Below, piece after piece: positions 50,605 to 64,000 of a stretch of 64,000 nucleotides of DNA. Source of the stretch: Raillietiella orientalis (taxonomy: Eukaryota); the NCBI GenBank assembly GCA_036172245.1, contig JAYWIR010000001.1, positions 6,572,001 through 6,636,000 on the forward strand. Direction: 5' to 3'. The position numbers and the translations under genes are program-made. The notes beneath the pieces were generated by a model. That model did not search any database and had not been told where the DNA came from. It saw only the letters and a program-made list of their open reading frames with translations. Every line of letters starts with the position of its first letter. Position 1 is the first letter of the stretch.

Positions 50605-53600
50605 GGCCTGTGCTGCTTACGATAGGTGGGGAAGTTAGGTGAGGTTCGGTAGGTACCTGACCTATCTTTGGAAAATAGGATAATTGTTGCAGGGGAAGTT
50701 TTTGTGTTTTTTCCAAGATGTGTTCATGTAAGCGAATTTCCTGATCTTAAAGAAAGCGCAGTATTCCAGAAAGAACTTTTCCAGCAAATGGTGAAGATCG
50801 CTAAAAGCAGGTGATCAAAGTCTGGATTTCAATACCAACCTTTGGTAGTGCGGGGAGCAAGGCTCAGGAGAAGACGAACGCAAAGATTTCTGCGAGGATG
50901 AGCACGATTGGAGGCAATTTCTACGTCGGTATTGTGTTCGTTGAGTGGACGCCAGCGGAAACGCTTTCCCTGTTCGTACCTGCCCTGCACCGAATTCTTT
51001 TGAGACTCGCGCCCCCTATTTAATCGAAGAAGGGTATGAGAGGAGTCTCTTTCTGCTCAAATGGCAACCAATGCAAGGAGTTACGGATGTGAAAGACAAA
51101 TGGGGAACGCTCGTGCGAAAGAGTGCCGATAAAATGGCTGGTGGACTGCAACTGCCCATTTGTATTGTCCTAACGAGGGAGTGAGCTCGAATAAGGGCTG
51201 TGGAGAGTTCGGAAATGAAAAGGGGGATGGAGAGCAGGAAGGGGAGGACACAATTTGAAAATGCAATAACGTGAGTTTGCTCGCCGGCGACGCTGCCCTC
51301 AAGTGGCCGGGAAAGGGACGTTGCTTGATTCAGGAATCTCATGGTCTCGAGGGCGGCTATGCAATGGTATGCGGATATTGGGCCTTTGTGTTCAGGAAGA
51401 CGAGAAAGGCGCTGTGATGGGCTACGATAAATGGGGAAAAACTGTAGCGTAGAGACCCATATTGGCAGAGCTTAGGGTAGGAAAGCGAACACCTAAGCAG
51501 TGATGATGGAGGTGTTCACGGAGTGCGTCGCTCATAGGGTTTTGTACATCTTATCCAGGCGACAGTTTGTATCTAAAGATTGTGATGTTTGCAAGCTGAT
51601 AGCAAGAATGGTGTAGAATAGAAAAGGACCACTCTTTTCGTATGACAGTACAATGGCGATGGGTGTACAAATGTGAAATAGGAAGCGTAGAGGTAGAGTG
51701 ATGGAATGGGAGGAAAAAGAATAATTGCTTATTGTGGTTGCATTCTCGTCGAATGAGTGTAGGTCGAGGTGGATGATGGTGGTATGTGCTCCTACGATAT
51801 CATAGTGATTGTAATGAATGGTGAAGTAGGAGAAGATAGTCAATGTTCGGTTACTCATTGTAGAATTTCGTTGCTTCATTCACGAATCGGTTGTAGTTAT
51901 AATTACTGGAGGAGTTATTGGTATTCTCTTACTGATCTGTGAATTCTGAATCATGGAAACTGAGACGCGGTGATCCACGGAGATGTCTCGGATCGGTATA
52001 AATCTGCGATTCTTGTTTCAGATTTCTGCTTGGACCGAAAAGGATGACTTTTCTACTTCGAATGATCGTATGTTGATTAAGATGTACGCATGTTCAGATG
52101 CATGATGTTCCTACCATGTGAGGAAGAGTTTACGAAAGCAGGATTTCCTGGAAAAGAAAGCGGTGTTGCACGCAATGAGTCGGTCCTTATCTGTAGGTAG
52201 AAGACGTTGGTTACGTGTATCGAGGACCATGAAAGGGTCGATCGATCCTGAAAAGCAGCGAAGAAGGGATAGTGGCATTGCTATCTCACTTCGGAAAGAG
52301 CCCGCATGTGCAAACATCTCGGAAGAAATCCCAGTAGAGATGTCTTGTGCCTTTAAGGTAGCTTCACAAAAGATGCTGGAGTCTCCGTGCGCTTACCCAT
52401 TGCTCTTCTGGACTTTTGTATTTTCGGGGCCCTCGAAACACAGCAGACCTCTCAGCAAGTTTCGGTTCGTTCCTCGTTTAAAGTACTGCGGTTTTTATAC
52501 AAATGAATTTTCCGGAAGAAACCGCGATTGAGAGTCTCAGTCGCATGGTACATCATCACGGAGAGTGTCCACAGATCGTCCATCGAAGTCCTTTTGTTAC
52601 GCCTTTTCATTAGGAAATGGTACTCCCAGCAGCCTTCTTCCTCGGGTGAGTCGCGGCATTCCGTATACGTGCTCGGTTGCTGCTCCACTTCCTTTGCTGC
52701 TTCCCGTCTTCAGGTCATGGGCTTGTTCCCTGGCGCTACGAATGGAGAGCAGCATTCGCACGTACCGCAATATGAGTGCTCGTAGTCCGAAGTTGGAGCC
52801 ACCGCTCGAGTGAGGAACATTGTCCCCATTGGCGAAAAACTGCATCACCCGTTGGCGTGCACCTCACGCATCCTCCTCAAAAGAGCGGCCTTCCGTGAGG
52901 GACTCTCCTGCAACGTTGGAAGACGCCGACGACTTGTCAGGAACTTTGCGCTGATCTTACGCCAACTTCCTGCACTGACTAAAAACTACAGTTCCATTCT
53001 CTGCTGCCGCATCGACGCTGCAGGCGGTGCCTGGTTGCAGGAAACCGTTCTCACGTGCGCGGGGATTTCAAAACCCATTTCAATGGGATCGTAGCGCTTG
53101 CACTGCTCATCCCACAGCGGCTGCTTTCTCGAAGAAATCGTGAACCGACACAGCAGGAGAGCGTAGGCAGAGTAAATCTCCGTTGCAGCTGCGCTGCCTT
53201 TCTGATGCATAAGAATGGCAGCAGCTTTCAAACGATATGCGAGGTCGCTTGCGGACTAATCCACAAGGAAAGCGTTAGGTGGCTGCACCACGGGTAAGCT
53301 GACTGACTGATGCTGTCACCTCAAGTGCTCCAACTACAAAAATTATGAGCTCGGATGATCTGCTCGAACACTCACACCCTCGGTAGGTAAATTGCAATTG
53401 GCAGGAACCGACGCTTCTGCGGCTGCGCTGGAGCATTCCAAGCAACGATCGCAAACATCACTGATCCCGAATAGTTTTGTGAGCTCAAAGTGTGGCATGG
53501 GTCGACGATGGAAATCTTTTCCGCAAGTACTTGTGAATTCGTGCCGTCCGGCTCCTCTGGGGGAGTTTTGCTAGGACACTTTGGAGTCTTCACGTTTATG

Positions 53601-56061
53601 CCGGAATCGTTTCGTCACGAAAGCCCTGTTCTTACGAGATTCCCTATTTCCAGCCCAGTTCCTAGCAGCCCTCTCTTGCCTACGAGAGACTGTGGCTTTC
53701 CTGAGCACAGACGTGAGACGAGACAACGACAATTATGCGATCCCTTTTGCAGTCACTTTGTTCAGGATAGCATGGAGATGGACGCACCTGGAAATTATGC
53801 TGCTTGAGCTGGCAGGCATCTTTAGAAGCACGTAAAGGACGTCCCTATGCATGGAGTGCCCCATTCCTAGGCGGCCTAGAATGTCTTTCTATTTCTTGTT
53901 ATCTCATTTTCCATATTCTATTTTTCGTTTTGTTTGCTACCTGCCTACTGCTGCCTCGACAGCCAGCCAGCGCACCGGTTTCCTTTGAGTTCCTTATCCA
54001 CAACCAGTGGAAGTGGTAGAGCGACAGTCCTACCACAGCCTTCGTACCTTATTTGTTTGCAGTAAACAACACGCTGCAGCCCGGTTAGAAGGAATCTGAG
54101 ATGCATGTGCATTTTACAGAGGGGTCCGCTGGTCTCCAAAGTCCACACATTCGTGCAGGCACGAATACGCGCATATTCATTTCAGGACAGCCAGGTCGAT
54201 TTTTTCCATGCCAGCTTTCACAAGTGCAAAGCACGTGCAGCGCGTGTTGCCTACGGAGGTTTTTGTTGAATGGTACGCGTTTCACGCCTTCCTGGACTAT
54301 AGAACGCGTTCCCCCTTGCGCATCCTCAGGAACCAGGTTGTTGTCCCGCATCATTGCAGAAAAAAAGAAAACTCCTGGGCGGCCTGATAGACAGACAGTG
54401 AACTGGCAGACTCTGCCACTGCACCTCACAGGGAGCTTCCAAACAGCAGCATCATGCAGCGAATTGCTCAGGGTGGCCGACGACGAAGTTGTTCTCCCTG
54501 CTCTGTGTATGGACACTTCCGTGTTCCCGCTGAAGTAGAAGCAAGTCCTCCTGCATGAAGTTTTCCGTTGCAACCAGCGTGGGAATCGGATTTCCAAGGG
54601 CGTCGTGTCCTCCAACTTTTTGGAGTGCGCGGCGATTCAGACGTTTTTGCAGCTCTTGTTGTACTGCAGTGCCTTCCACTAACTTTGGCGTTGTCTTAAC
54701 TCTGTCCGACCGTATATCAGATACACTGCGCCCAACATGCTGCGGCGATTCTTTGCGAGAAATGCAGCGACGACAAACTCCGTGAAGGCGACGACCTTTC
54801 GCATCCGTGCCTTCGTTTCGGCTTTGTTTCCTTTTTGCTGGAGTCTCGGGCGAAGAGAACGGAGGCCCCAAGCAGCACCGCAGTTGTCCACGTGAAAGCG
54901 GATGCCAGATCGCCTCACGTGGACGTGAAAGTTCAGGAGAAGATTGTCGATATATTGCACCGCTTTGGAAGGAAAGAAAAGAACGTTGCCGGTGACCCTT
55001 GGTCCTCCTTCCTTTTCATACAATCGTTCACCTCAATCTCTGAACCGTTCTAGACTTTTATCGGTGTTACGTAAACAAATGGCTAAAGTCAGACATCCTT
55101 ACTCTGCCTCTTATTGATTTGTTTGTTTTCTATGCTTCTCGTTCCGCTCTGGACGTTCAGGAAATCGTGTCCGTGACGTCGGACGTGTCCGTGAACCCTT
55201 GTTGTGTACTTCCTTTAGACACCTTAATGAGGAATGGGCGTCACCGCGAGCAAACCTGAAGGAGGTTATTGGTGGGAGCTTTTCAGAAAAATAGTAAGTA
55301 ATCGGCGAAATCACCTCCAGGTATAGGACAACAGACCACAGAGCAGCTCTGGCGCCGAATCCCCCAATCCCCCATCAAGAAGCATTCTTGGTTGGGGTGC
55401 ACTCATCTGAATTTCCCGTCAAGATATCGAATACTATTCGTTGTTCCTGGGCAACTGCACGCTTTCTTACGTGTGGTGGGAATAGGAGTTTTTGATGTCA
55501 TGTGGGGACTTTCATGCATCGCCTGAGGACAACACTGGATCTGGGAATGTGTGGATCTAAACTGAGTCGTATGCGGGGAACGTGAACCCTTCCTGCAACC
55601 GCTTGTGGACTGTGCTTCCCTGCAACAACTGTGGGAACGTTATGCACCCACGATCGCATGGGTCAACCTCACGGTCACAATCAAAGCCCAATTCAATGAC
55701 ACGCATCCCCACCAGCGCATCTTGTGCGTCTCCTCGGCGTCCACGAGAGAATACGGCAGCCACAGGCAACGCCAGAGGAGAACGGCTCCCTGGTGACTCA
55801 CCCACGTTGCCCCATATTTCTTGCCAAGGTGATCGAAATCGCCCCATCTAATGTAGCTTCAAAAAGTATTTCTCTCAGAAATCGTTGTAATCCTCCAAAT
55901 GATGTTGAGGACGACTCCAGCTGGCTTTGATCCACTTCCTGTGCATTCCAGTCTCATGTATATCGAGAGTTTCCATTTGTGTTAGTTTTTTGGGTTTAAT
56001 TCCATCGTTTCTGCTATCCAGGTCATCATCTTTGGTGTGTTTACTGGATTCGTTCATATGT

Positions 56062-56217
56062 CCCATTATCGCAACCCCCACCACTGCCTCATCAACACAT
56101 TCCACAATAAAATACTTCCTAATCCAAGCAGTTTCATCCTCAATATTCCTAATAATTTCCATTATTTTCAACTCCTTCCCCTCTATCATATCCAATACTA
56201 TGGCAATAATCATATTA
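56062..56217 (+). pseudogene. nad2: Mirror copy of the nad2 N-terminal NUMT
   Basis: Reverse complement of 31748-31903 (ORF 55927..56250+ contains KYFLIQAVSSS). Confidence 0.75.
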
Positions 56218-56664
56218 CGTGTTTTCCCAAGTCCCACAAGAAGTAGGTGAATTTATCTTATTTGATATTCACTCTAGGTATTCGTGCATTCGTTTGCTCA
56301 ATTATTTCACTTATGTGTCCTGGGATCATTCACTACACTTGGGGAACTGGGCGTCGTTTCTGCTTAGACATTGGACTTAATCCTTCTCAGGATGTGCCGG
56401 TCGTTCCAGCCCTGTACTCTTCCACAGTTTCTTATTCCGATGTGCTTCTGGATGATCCCTTTTAGGATTTCCATTGGAGATACTGCGGTGTCGGTGGTCT
56501 TCATCTTTCACCTCCGTACATGGATGGCGGTGATGAAGAGGGCGATGGTCATCCTTACCACGGGATTGTAGCAGGGAACGTTCCCATTTCCTCGGAAGAT
56601 GCCTGCTAAAATTCTCATTTTCGATGTGGTGGGCATCCCGTTTGCCCTTTTGAGGGTGTGCCTC

Positions 56665-58765
56665 TCTTAAAGGGACAGGTGACGTCGTGAAGTCTTGTAT
56701 CCTTGTCTGCACATGCTTTGCTGTCCTCATCTACTCTTCTTCCCGCGAAAGGCTTCATGGCTGTCCCGCACAGGATTCCACCATGATAAAAAATCGGGAG
56801 GTTATCCTGTGTATCCGGTGACAAGTCTCTCTTCCAGAGCGTCGTTCCCATCGTCAACAGGTTTATCCCAGCACTACCGTGGCGATCCGTGGCTTCTCGG
56901 AGGGCACTGGTGTCTTTTTCCTCTTCGACTATTAGTCGGCATAGGTTTCTCTTTTTTACCCTCGACCACAAGAAGTTGTTGTGGTTTTTTCCGCACTTTG
57001 CGGGTCCTGTGGGTGAATCTTGCAGCTATCCTGCGAATGTATGGGAGTACTCGGGGATGGTGAAGGTACTCTACTCGTTTTCATGCTTCAGCTGCTTGCA
57101 AGGTAACCCTTTACCGCTGGTAGATCCATGTCCTCGTATCCGGAGATTTCGGGAGCATCCACGGAATTAGCAGGATGGATGCCTGCTGCCAGGGTTCCTG
57201 GTTCCTTGGTATGATCTTCAGCTGCCTGTTTAGCAACTGTTGCTTCCGTCTCCAGGTTCGGTCGATGGTCCCCCGTTCACCCACTCGGCTGAGCTGCGCA
57301 ATCATAAGTCCTCTTGTGTTATTTATCAACAAGGAGTGCGCTGTATGCGGCCAGTCTTCCCAGTTCTCCGGCATGTCCAGCAGTTGTCGCACGTCCATGG
57401 TGTCCACATCGCGTGCATGCGAGTTCATACCGGTTCCGCCTTCCTCTTTAGGACGGCACAGTGGTTTGAGGCGGACTCTCGGTCGATAACCTCCTCAGAG
57501 GGTTCTCCTTTGTAGCTTTCCTACCTCTCCTTTGGTGTTTTTATGCATTCTGCAGAAGGCCGCGACGAAGGGTATCTTTGGAAGGAGTACTCCGTTGCAA
57601 AGGTTGGTCCTCCGCTTCATGCCAAAGTCCAAAGGGGGAAAATTCGTTCCTTCTTGCACTGTTTTCCCTGAGATTTCCTTCCACAATGGTTGAGACGATG
57701 AACTGTCGCAATGTGGACACCCAGGTGCTTGGCATTGTCCACCGTTCGGAATCATTTCTCCATGAGTATGGAGAGATCCCGACGGGCAAAAGTTGGCTCT
57801 TCTGGGCATTGATTTCTAAGCCCTATCCTTCTTCCATAAGCTCCAGCACATCCAGAATCGTACGCTCCATTCTCTCCCCTGTGAGGAAGAAGAGAAGATC
57901 ATCCGCGTAAGCCAGATGGGTAAGCCTCTAATTGTCGACAGTGATTCGGCGGAGTCGCCCGCTTCTCTCCATGAATCATGAGAAGGCCTTCATGTATATG
58001 ACATACAGCATTCGAATGAGAGCCTTGAATCCTCGTTCCATCCGGATGGCTGCTGTCTCTTCTTCTCCGTTTATCTTTATCCGAAGGCGTTGCTCTTGAA
58101 GTTTCATCTTCACGTAGCTGCTGAATCGTACCGGGAGGCCCAGTGTTCCTAGAATCTCCAGCAGCATCCTACGTTGCACCGTATCGAAAGCTTTCTCCAT
58201 GTCAGTGAAACCCAGTACCAAGTTTTCGACTACATATCGGCTGAGACCAGTGCTAGCCTGAACACACTTGACATTATCCGACATGTGGCGTCCGGGCACC
58301 GCGCATGTTTGGACGGGAGAGATGAGCTTCGGCACGACATTGCCTAACGGTAAGCCCAGATCATTGCTAACCACTTGGCATCGCTTTTCAGGATTGGGAT
58401 TGGCCTCCATTGAGAAACCTTAGTCAGTTCAGCTTGTTTCGGCAACAATCTCATCCTGCTCTCGTGAAGGGATGCAGGGAGTCGTCCTCCTTGCCGGATG
58501 CAGAGCGTGAGCTGCTGGAACAAACGGCGGTAAGCATGCAGGTACTGGTGATAGCGAGAGCTGGGGACACTTTCAGGGCCCGCCGCCACATCCTTGCAAA
58601 GTTCCACAAATGCAGCTTTCAATTCTTCTTCGGAGGTTTCCTCTTCAAGCATCTTCCGATGGTTTTCACTCGTTCGTCTTTCCAGGTGTCGCATGAAAAT
58701 TCCTGGATCAGTCGGGCGCAGATGTCTTCGTCAGAAGTTGTCCACGTGATGCCTCTGGAAGGCTT
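56665..58765 (-). mobile_element. Mirror copy of the family A LINE pseudogene in the right arm
   Basis: ORFs 57976..58410- and 58344..58694- are identical to 29555..29989+ and 29271..29621+. Confidence 0.92.
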
Positions 58766-61700
58766 GCGCCTGGAAAAGCGTGGGACTGGGTGCGTTGCTG
58801 GACTTTCTGGTCTCCTTCTGTTTTTGACCCCTCGACTGACAGTTCGAGCTGTCGATCTCATGTATGGTCTCTGACCTTGTTCAGGTCAAGGTTCTGTTCC
58901 TCTTTCATTCTATCAGTGTGTTGCCCACGTTTGGGTTCGTCTGTCAAACGTTTCTCGAACGATTTGGTGTAATTTTGTTTAATTTTTCTTAACATGGTCA
59001 CTTGACTCCAACAGAAGTGTATCCCGTAATATTTCATACGACCCATTTATTACTATCACATGGACATCTCCTTCCAGAGAATTGGCTAAGATCCTTGTGG
59101 AAAGGCAATTCCACTTGCCACGCTGGCGATAGCTCGTAGGTCGAAATGTTTATTTCGGAACTTCTCGCTGCGGCATTCCCTATAGGAGACATTTCAAAAT
59201 TCCAGGCTGACGATAAACTGCGCTTGAGTACTTTTCGGGGATGTCGATCTCATGGCAAAACTCCCAAGGGTTCCTGAGATTCCGTTGCAAAAGTACCCTC
59301 TCGTGTCACCCCGCCCAGTCCCAGCTCAAATGTGCGTGTCTGTCGAAAAGAGAAGCTATGGTTACTGCGCATACGAGCTGGACACGGCTCTTTCTGGAAC
59401 TCCAGCAGGAGCCACGCCATCTGACACACAAATTGTGGTCGGCAGCACTGGGCTCCCCAAGGGCGTGTTTGATCGGCAAGACGGGAGCCGGTGACTTGGC
59501 GCTGTTACTGGTGACGCTCATGGGTTGGGCGATCCAAGACGCGTGCGCAGCAGACGCCCGGTTGTGGTGCTCAGTATTTTTGCCTGTCGACTTGTACTTG
59601 CTTGCGCGGCTATCCTCCTTGGCGCCGTGTACTGACTCGTAGTTAAGCATGTGTCCCTATCGCCGCTCATGGCCGAAACTATGTGTGTGGCTAAGTCCAT
59701 CTCTCCTCTCCTTCGCTTACTTGACGCGCTCTTCCCACTATATCTGTCACTAACGTGAACAGCTACATATATTGCTTACTAGAGGTGGCTCATTGACAAG
59801 CATTGTCCCACTCTCTCTTGCCGTGTATCCTCGATGGCCACCTACAGTTATTGCGCGTTCCAGAGGCTCCGAATCCACTCCCTCGTCCAATCTCTTGCCG
59901 TCCGGGATAGCCACAGAATCAGACGTATCGGGAGGCACATGGAGACCACACACTGAGTAATGGTGTCGAATATGCAGATCTGCTGCAAAGAATGTCTGTC
60001 TTCTATCATGTCTCGTCCTGAGGAAAAACACTCCTGCGCTGTCCCTAGTGCGATGCCACCGCTTATCAACCGCCTCCCACTTGATGGCTCCCTGTGCTCA
60101 AACTCTTCCCTTAGGAAGGCGCTTCCGCAACGGCATGCTGGAGTCGTTCACGAGCACAAGAAGTACGATGCCTGGACTACACCGACGATGACATGAGGGA
60201 GCATGAGGGAGCAATCGAATTATCAAAAGACTTCGATGAAGATGTCGACGCCGTTGCGGTGTGATGCGGAGAAAATACTCTCCTAGCAAGGAGTCGCCGT
60301 TGCAGATTTTGCTGCGGCGTCATTCTCTCCCCATCACACCGCAACGGCGTCCACATCTTCATCAAAGTCTTTTGATAATTCGATTGCTCCCTCATGCTCT
60401 CCTCGGGAACACCTGTCTTGACACTCGCATCCCCATCCCATACAGACATGGTGGAACTGGCTTGAGCAGCCAAGGAGCATCCACCCATGGGAATACCCTT
60501 CAGCCATTCCCTGATGACTTGGTACATCATACATGGAAATTTCCTTCCTCCTTTGCAGAACCCATCCCCAACAAATTCACTTTCTCCTTTATTCGATGGA
60601 TGCTCACTCAGTGCAGAGTTGCGAGCTCCCTGCAAACAGGATTCTCTTTCTGAAGTTCCTCGAGGAAATCATCCATCAACCACACACAGACACAACGATC
60701 ATCTTCGCGACGCACATAAGGAAGGTCAGGCGTTGGCACGGCCTCTTTGACGGTCAACACTGTAGAGAGAGTGTGGCTTGTGGTAAGGCTTATGAGGTAG
60801 TCTAGTTCCCTCCTGCTTGTCCCAAGTCCACTTCGGAAGTAGATAACGAGCAACTGTTCATCTCCACTCCCACCCTGGACGAAACCCGGTCTTTCCCGAT
60901 GTCAGGTACAACGGGGAGGCTGGCGAGCTTCGGTCCGTCGTCCCGATGCCCAACCACACGGAAAAGACGTCTAGTGACTGCAACAGGGAGGCCAACTCCT
61001 CGTACTCGAGCCGATCCTTGCATTCTCTAAAGCGACACTTGTTGCAGGCACGCCGGGCTGCTATAAGAAGACACTGCCCCATCTGCCGTTCATCCGGTCT
61101 GCAAATCCCGCAGTCTATCTGCCTACACAAGTGTACCCGTAAAGCTTCAATATTCCCCCGGCCGAAGACCACGAGGCTTTTCTGCCTCCTGAACTGCTGA
61201 AAGATAACATTTCCTAATAAAACGGACTTGCGATTGCACCAGGAGATCGCAAGACAGTTGCCACAAGCCCACGCCACAACCGTTAATGATGCTGCCACTC
61301 CAAATCGGAACGACAGTGGTTGGCAAAAGGTGAGCACCCAAGAATCCATCTCCGAGGTCAGCCAGCTAAGTAAAGCCGGTCCGCCGCCTGTGGAACAGCC
61401 GAGAACTGGCAACGCATCCATTACATGCGCTAATAAGTTCCAGGAGCTTTGCAAGGTAAGTCTCTTGATGACCATGTGACTGGGTTTTCTAAAGTTTGTA
61501 TTCCTTGCACACAAAATGAAGAGAGGGATGCTACACTTGTGCGAGCAATGCAGTCAGGTCAAGTGAAGTCAACCACAGAGACGCACTCGAGACAACGTAC
61601 GCCATCCCCGGGAAAGTAGGTTTCCTACGCAAGCCCAAAGCGGACCATCAGAACGATTCGGTGTGATGAAGAGTACCTCTGCAAGACAACCTCCAGGATT

Positions 61701-64000
61701 GAATTCAAAATTACGAAGATGTCGCCCTGTTCCCTTGTCGTGTTGTTAATGCTTCGCAGCGCAGTAAACCAGCTCGACTGTCTTTTTGCCTTTTCTTAAG
61801 AATATGGAATTGCACGGAACCGTTTGATGGATTTCTGCGAAAAGTCCCCCTCCTTGCTTTCCGTGCGTGCTCAACTGCGAACAAGCAATTCCAGATTGGG
61901 AAATGCGTGCCTCATCAGACTCGGAGAACCACGAGAAATGTTTGGAAAGTTCCAGAGGTTTGCAGTTGGCGGATAACATCACCGCACGCGTGCGCAACGT
62001 GCGATGGTTCCCCATGGAGACGTGCATTTCTGTTCCTGTTCCTGCCATCATGTCTTTTTCAGTGACAACACGACTCTGCTGCGCATCGTCACGCCCCAAG
62101 TTCGTTGGTTGCTGCAGAAACGACGAAGTGTCCTTCCCGGTCCAAGATGCATGTGACAAGTAGAAATTGGATTCTCTCTTGTTTTGTTTTCAGGTTACTG
62201 TTGATGGCTCGATCATCATCCCAACACACTCGATCATGATGCCCGTAAGCAGGTGATTTTATGAACAGCGCCTTCGTACGTCATCTTGACGCAAGGCAAT
62301 CGGAATTTGGAAATGGAAAAGCGTTTCCGAGGTGTCGGCGTCGGATGGAAAGGAAGCACGCATCTTTCGCAATCCTGTGTCATCAGCTTCAGGCTTCCAG
62401 CAGGTAAAAGCGACCACCCGGTGAACGAACTGAGAAAGTGTGGTGCGCCGAAATCCAAATCGGATCCCTGGGAGAGGAATGCTGTTGCACCTGAGATGCT
62501 TCCGAACAGAAATCCGTTCCAGAGGTTCTCATCTCACGGTTCGGGCAGCTCATGATTGCCCGGATTGCCTCTGAAGTGGCTTGCAAGTCCCCCAAAATGC
62601 ACTTTCGCCTACTCTTGCGCCACAAAAAGTTGCCTTCCCTATTTTTACACATTGCTGATCATTTTTGAAAATGCATAGTTGACTTGCAGTTTCTATGGGG
62701 ATCACACATCTTTGCGATATGGAACGCCCACGCGTACAGTTAGCGCTGGGGTGCTGTTCTTTCCGCTGACCCAATTTTTTGAAGCAAACAAGTCCACACC
62801 ACATTCCAGTTTATTTGATCCACTCTTCGTAGTAGGGCAGTCAGCGGTTCGTTGGCTATGTTGGGAAGAGTGACATCCAACATCAGGGATCTTGGAAGAA
62901 TGTACACATGAGAGTGAACGGAGTTGATAGTTGAATTTGTCCAGAGGCTTTTTCCTTCCTCAAAGACTTGCTCTTAGGACATGGCAGAGTTTTCCACAAA
63001 ATGTTGCTTCATGTGGACACACATTAGCCACCGTCTCGGACAGGCATGATTTGTTATTTGATTTCATTCAACAATTTACGGTGGCAAAGGTTTTCGATTA
63101 TTCGCGCCTTCCTATTTCATCAGAAAGCATTTGAAGGATACGCCGAAATTTCTTACCGAATTGGTGGTCGTAAACACTCACCGTCTATTGATGAGTATTA
63201 TAAATGTGTTGGTTTTGAGGCTGACGAAACAAAAGTGGGAATGTTCGGGACATTTCCATTCCACAACGTGCGGAAAAGACTTCCATCGATCTTCACTTCA
63301 GTCAACGGAATCGTTCGTTGATGAGATGAAGAAGCAAAAGCGACATCAATGGTTCTCAATATCATAGAGGCCTTCCGAGACGATAAGTCAACGGAGTGTC
63401 TTTTGTATGCAGGACAAATTCATGCTGGAATGCTGAATACTTTGCTTACCTCGTATTTCCTTCTTGGATGTCACGTATACAGTGCTGCGTTGGCATGGAG
63501 ATGATGGTTGTATTACGAGGAATCTCGGAAAACGTCTTGATGGAAAATAGAACTTATTTTCTTCCATTTCAGATCATACCGTGACAAAAGCTGCACAATC
63601 CACGCTTTCCGATGCGGATGCGATCTGAGGTCCCCCACCCTTCTTCACATTCTCCGGTTTCCCTTCTAGGCAGCACCACTCGGCATGCAGCAGAAAGGTC
63701 CTCCTCGAAGCTAAAGTCTGTTGAGGTTTGACAGTGCAATCCTGAATTGGGTCTAAACGTGATATTTGTGAAGAGCACCGCTAACACCAGCAGAACCGGA
63801 AAGGAGACGTCATGACGGTCTTTTAGTACGAGGGGGAAGTCAACTGTTTCCAGCAAAGGGCAGAGGAAAAGCAAAGCAAAGAAAGTCTTTTGGCGTGTGC
63901 CGGTCGCAGTGATGGCCGCGGGCAGACTGGCATTCATCCGAAACAGGGGGCCATACTGCAGTTCTTCTCAGGCTATGGAAACGTTAGACATGAAACGACA

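Larger units (their letters stand above)
47465..64000 (-). repeat. Right arm of giant inverted repeat
   Basis: Begins attccgcagaccgaattcgt at 47465, the reverse complement of 40481-40500. The mirrored ORF track keeps a constant offset to the window end, so there are no net indels. Confidence 0.98.

Overview
This is eukaryotic nuclear DNA, most likely from an invertebrate animal, because two nad2-like mitochondrial fragments read through under the invertebrate mitochondrial code. I could not support any intact protein-coding gene, rRNA, tRNA or CRISPR array. The dominant structure is a giant, apparently perfect inverted duplication: 23965-40500 is the reverse complement of 47465-64000 (x pairs with 87965-x). 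The arms are at least 16.5 kb and run off the window edge, around a unique 6964-bp spacer. The rest is decayed sequence: several L1/Tx1-type non-LTR retrotransposon remnants (RT and C-terminal zinc-finger parts) from two families, a possible R2/NeSL-type zinc-finger remnant, nad2 NUMTs, and at least four diverged copies of an unidentified gene-like unit of about 2.4 kb. Two of those copies form an old head-to-head pair and one contains the inner breakpoint of the giant palindrome. Fold-backs recur at several scales (16-bp, 78-bp, ~1-kb and >16-kb arms). An assembly artefact cannot be excluded for the giant repeat.
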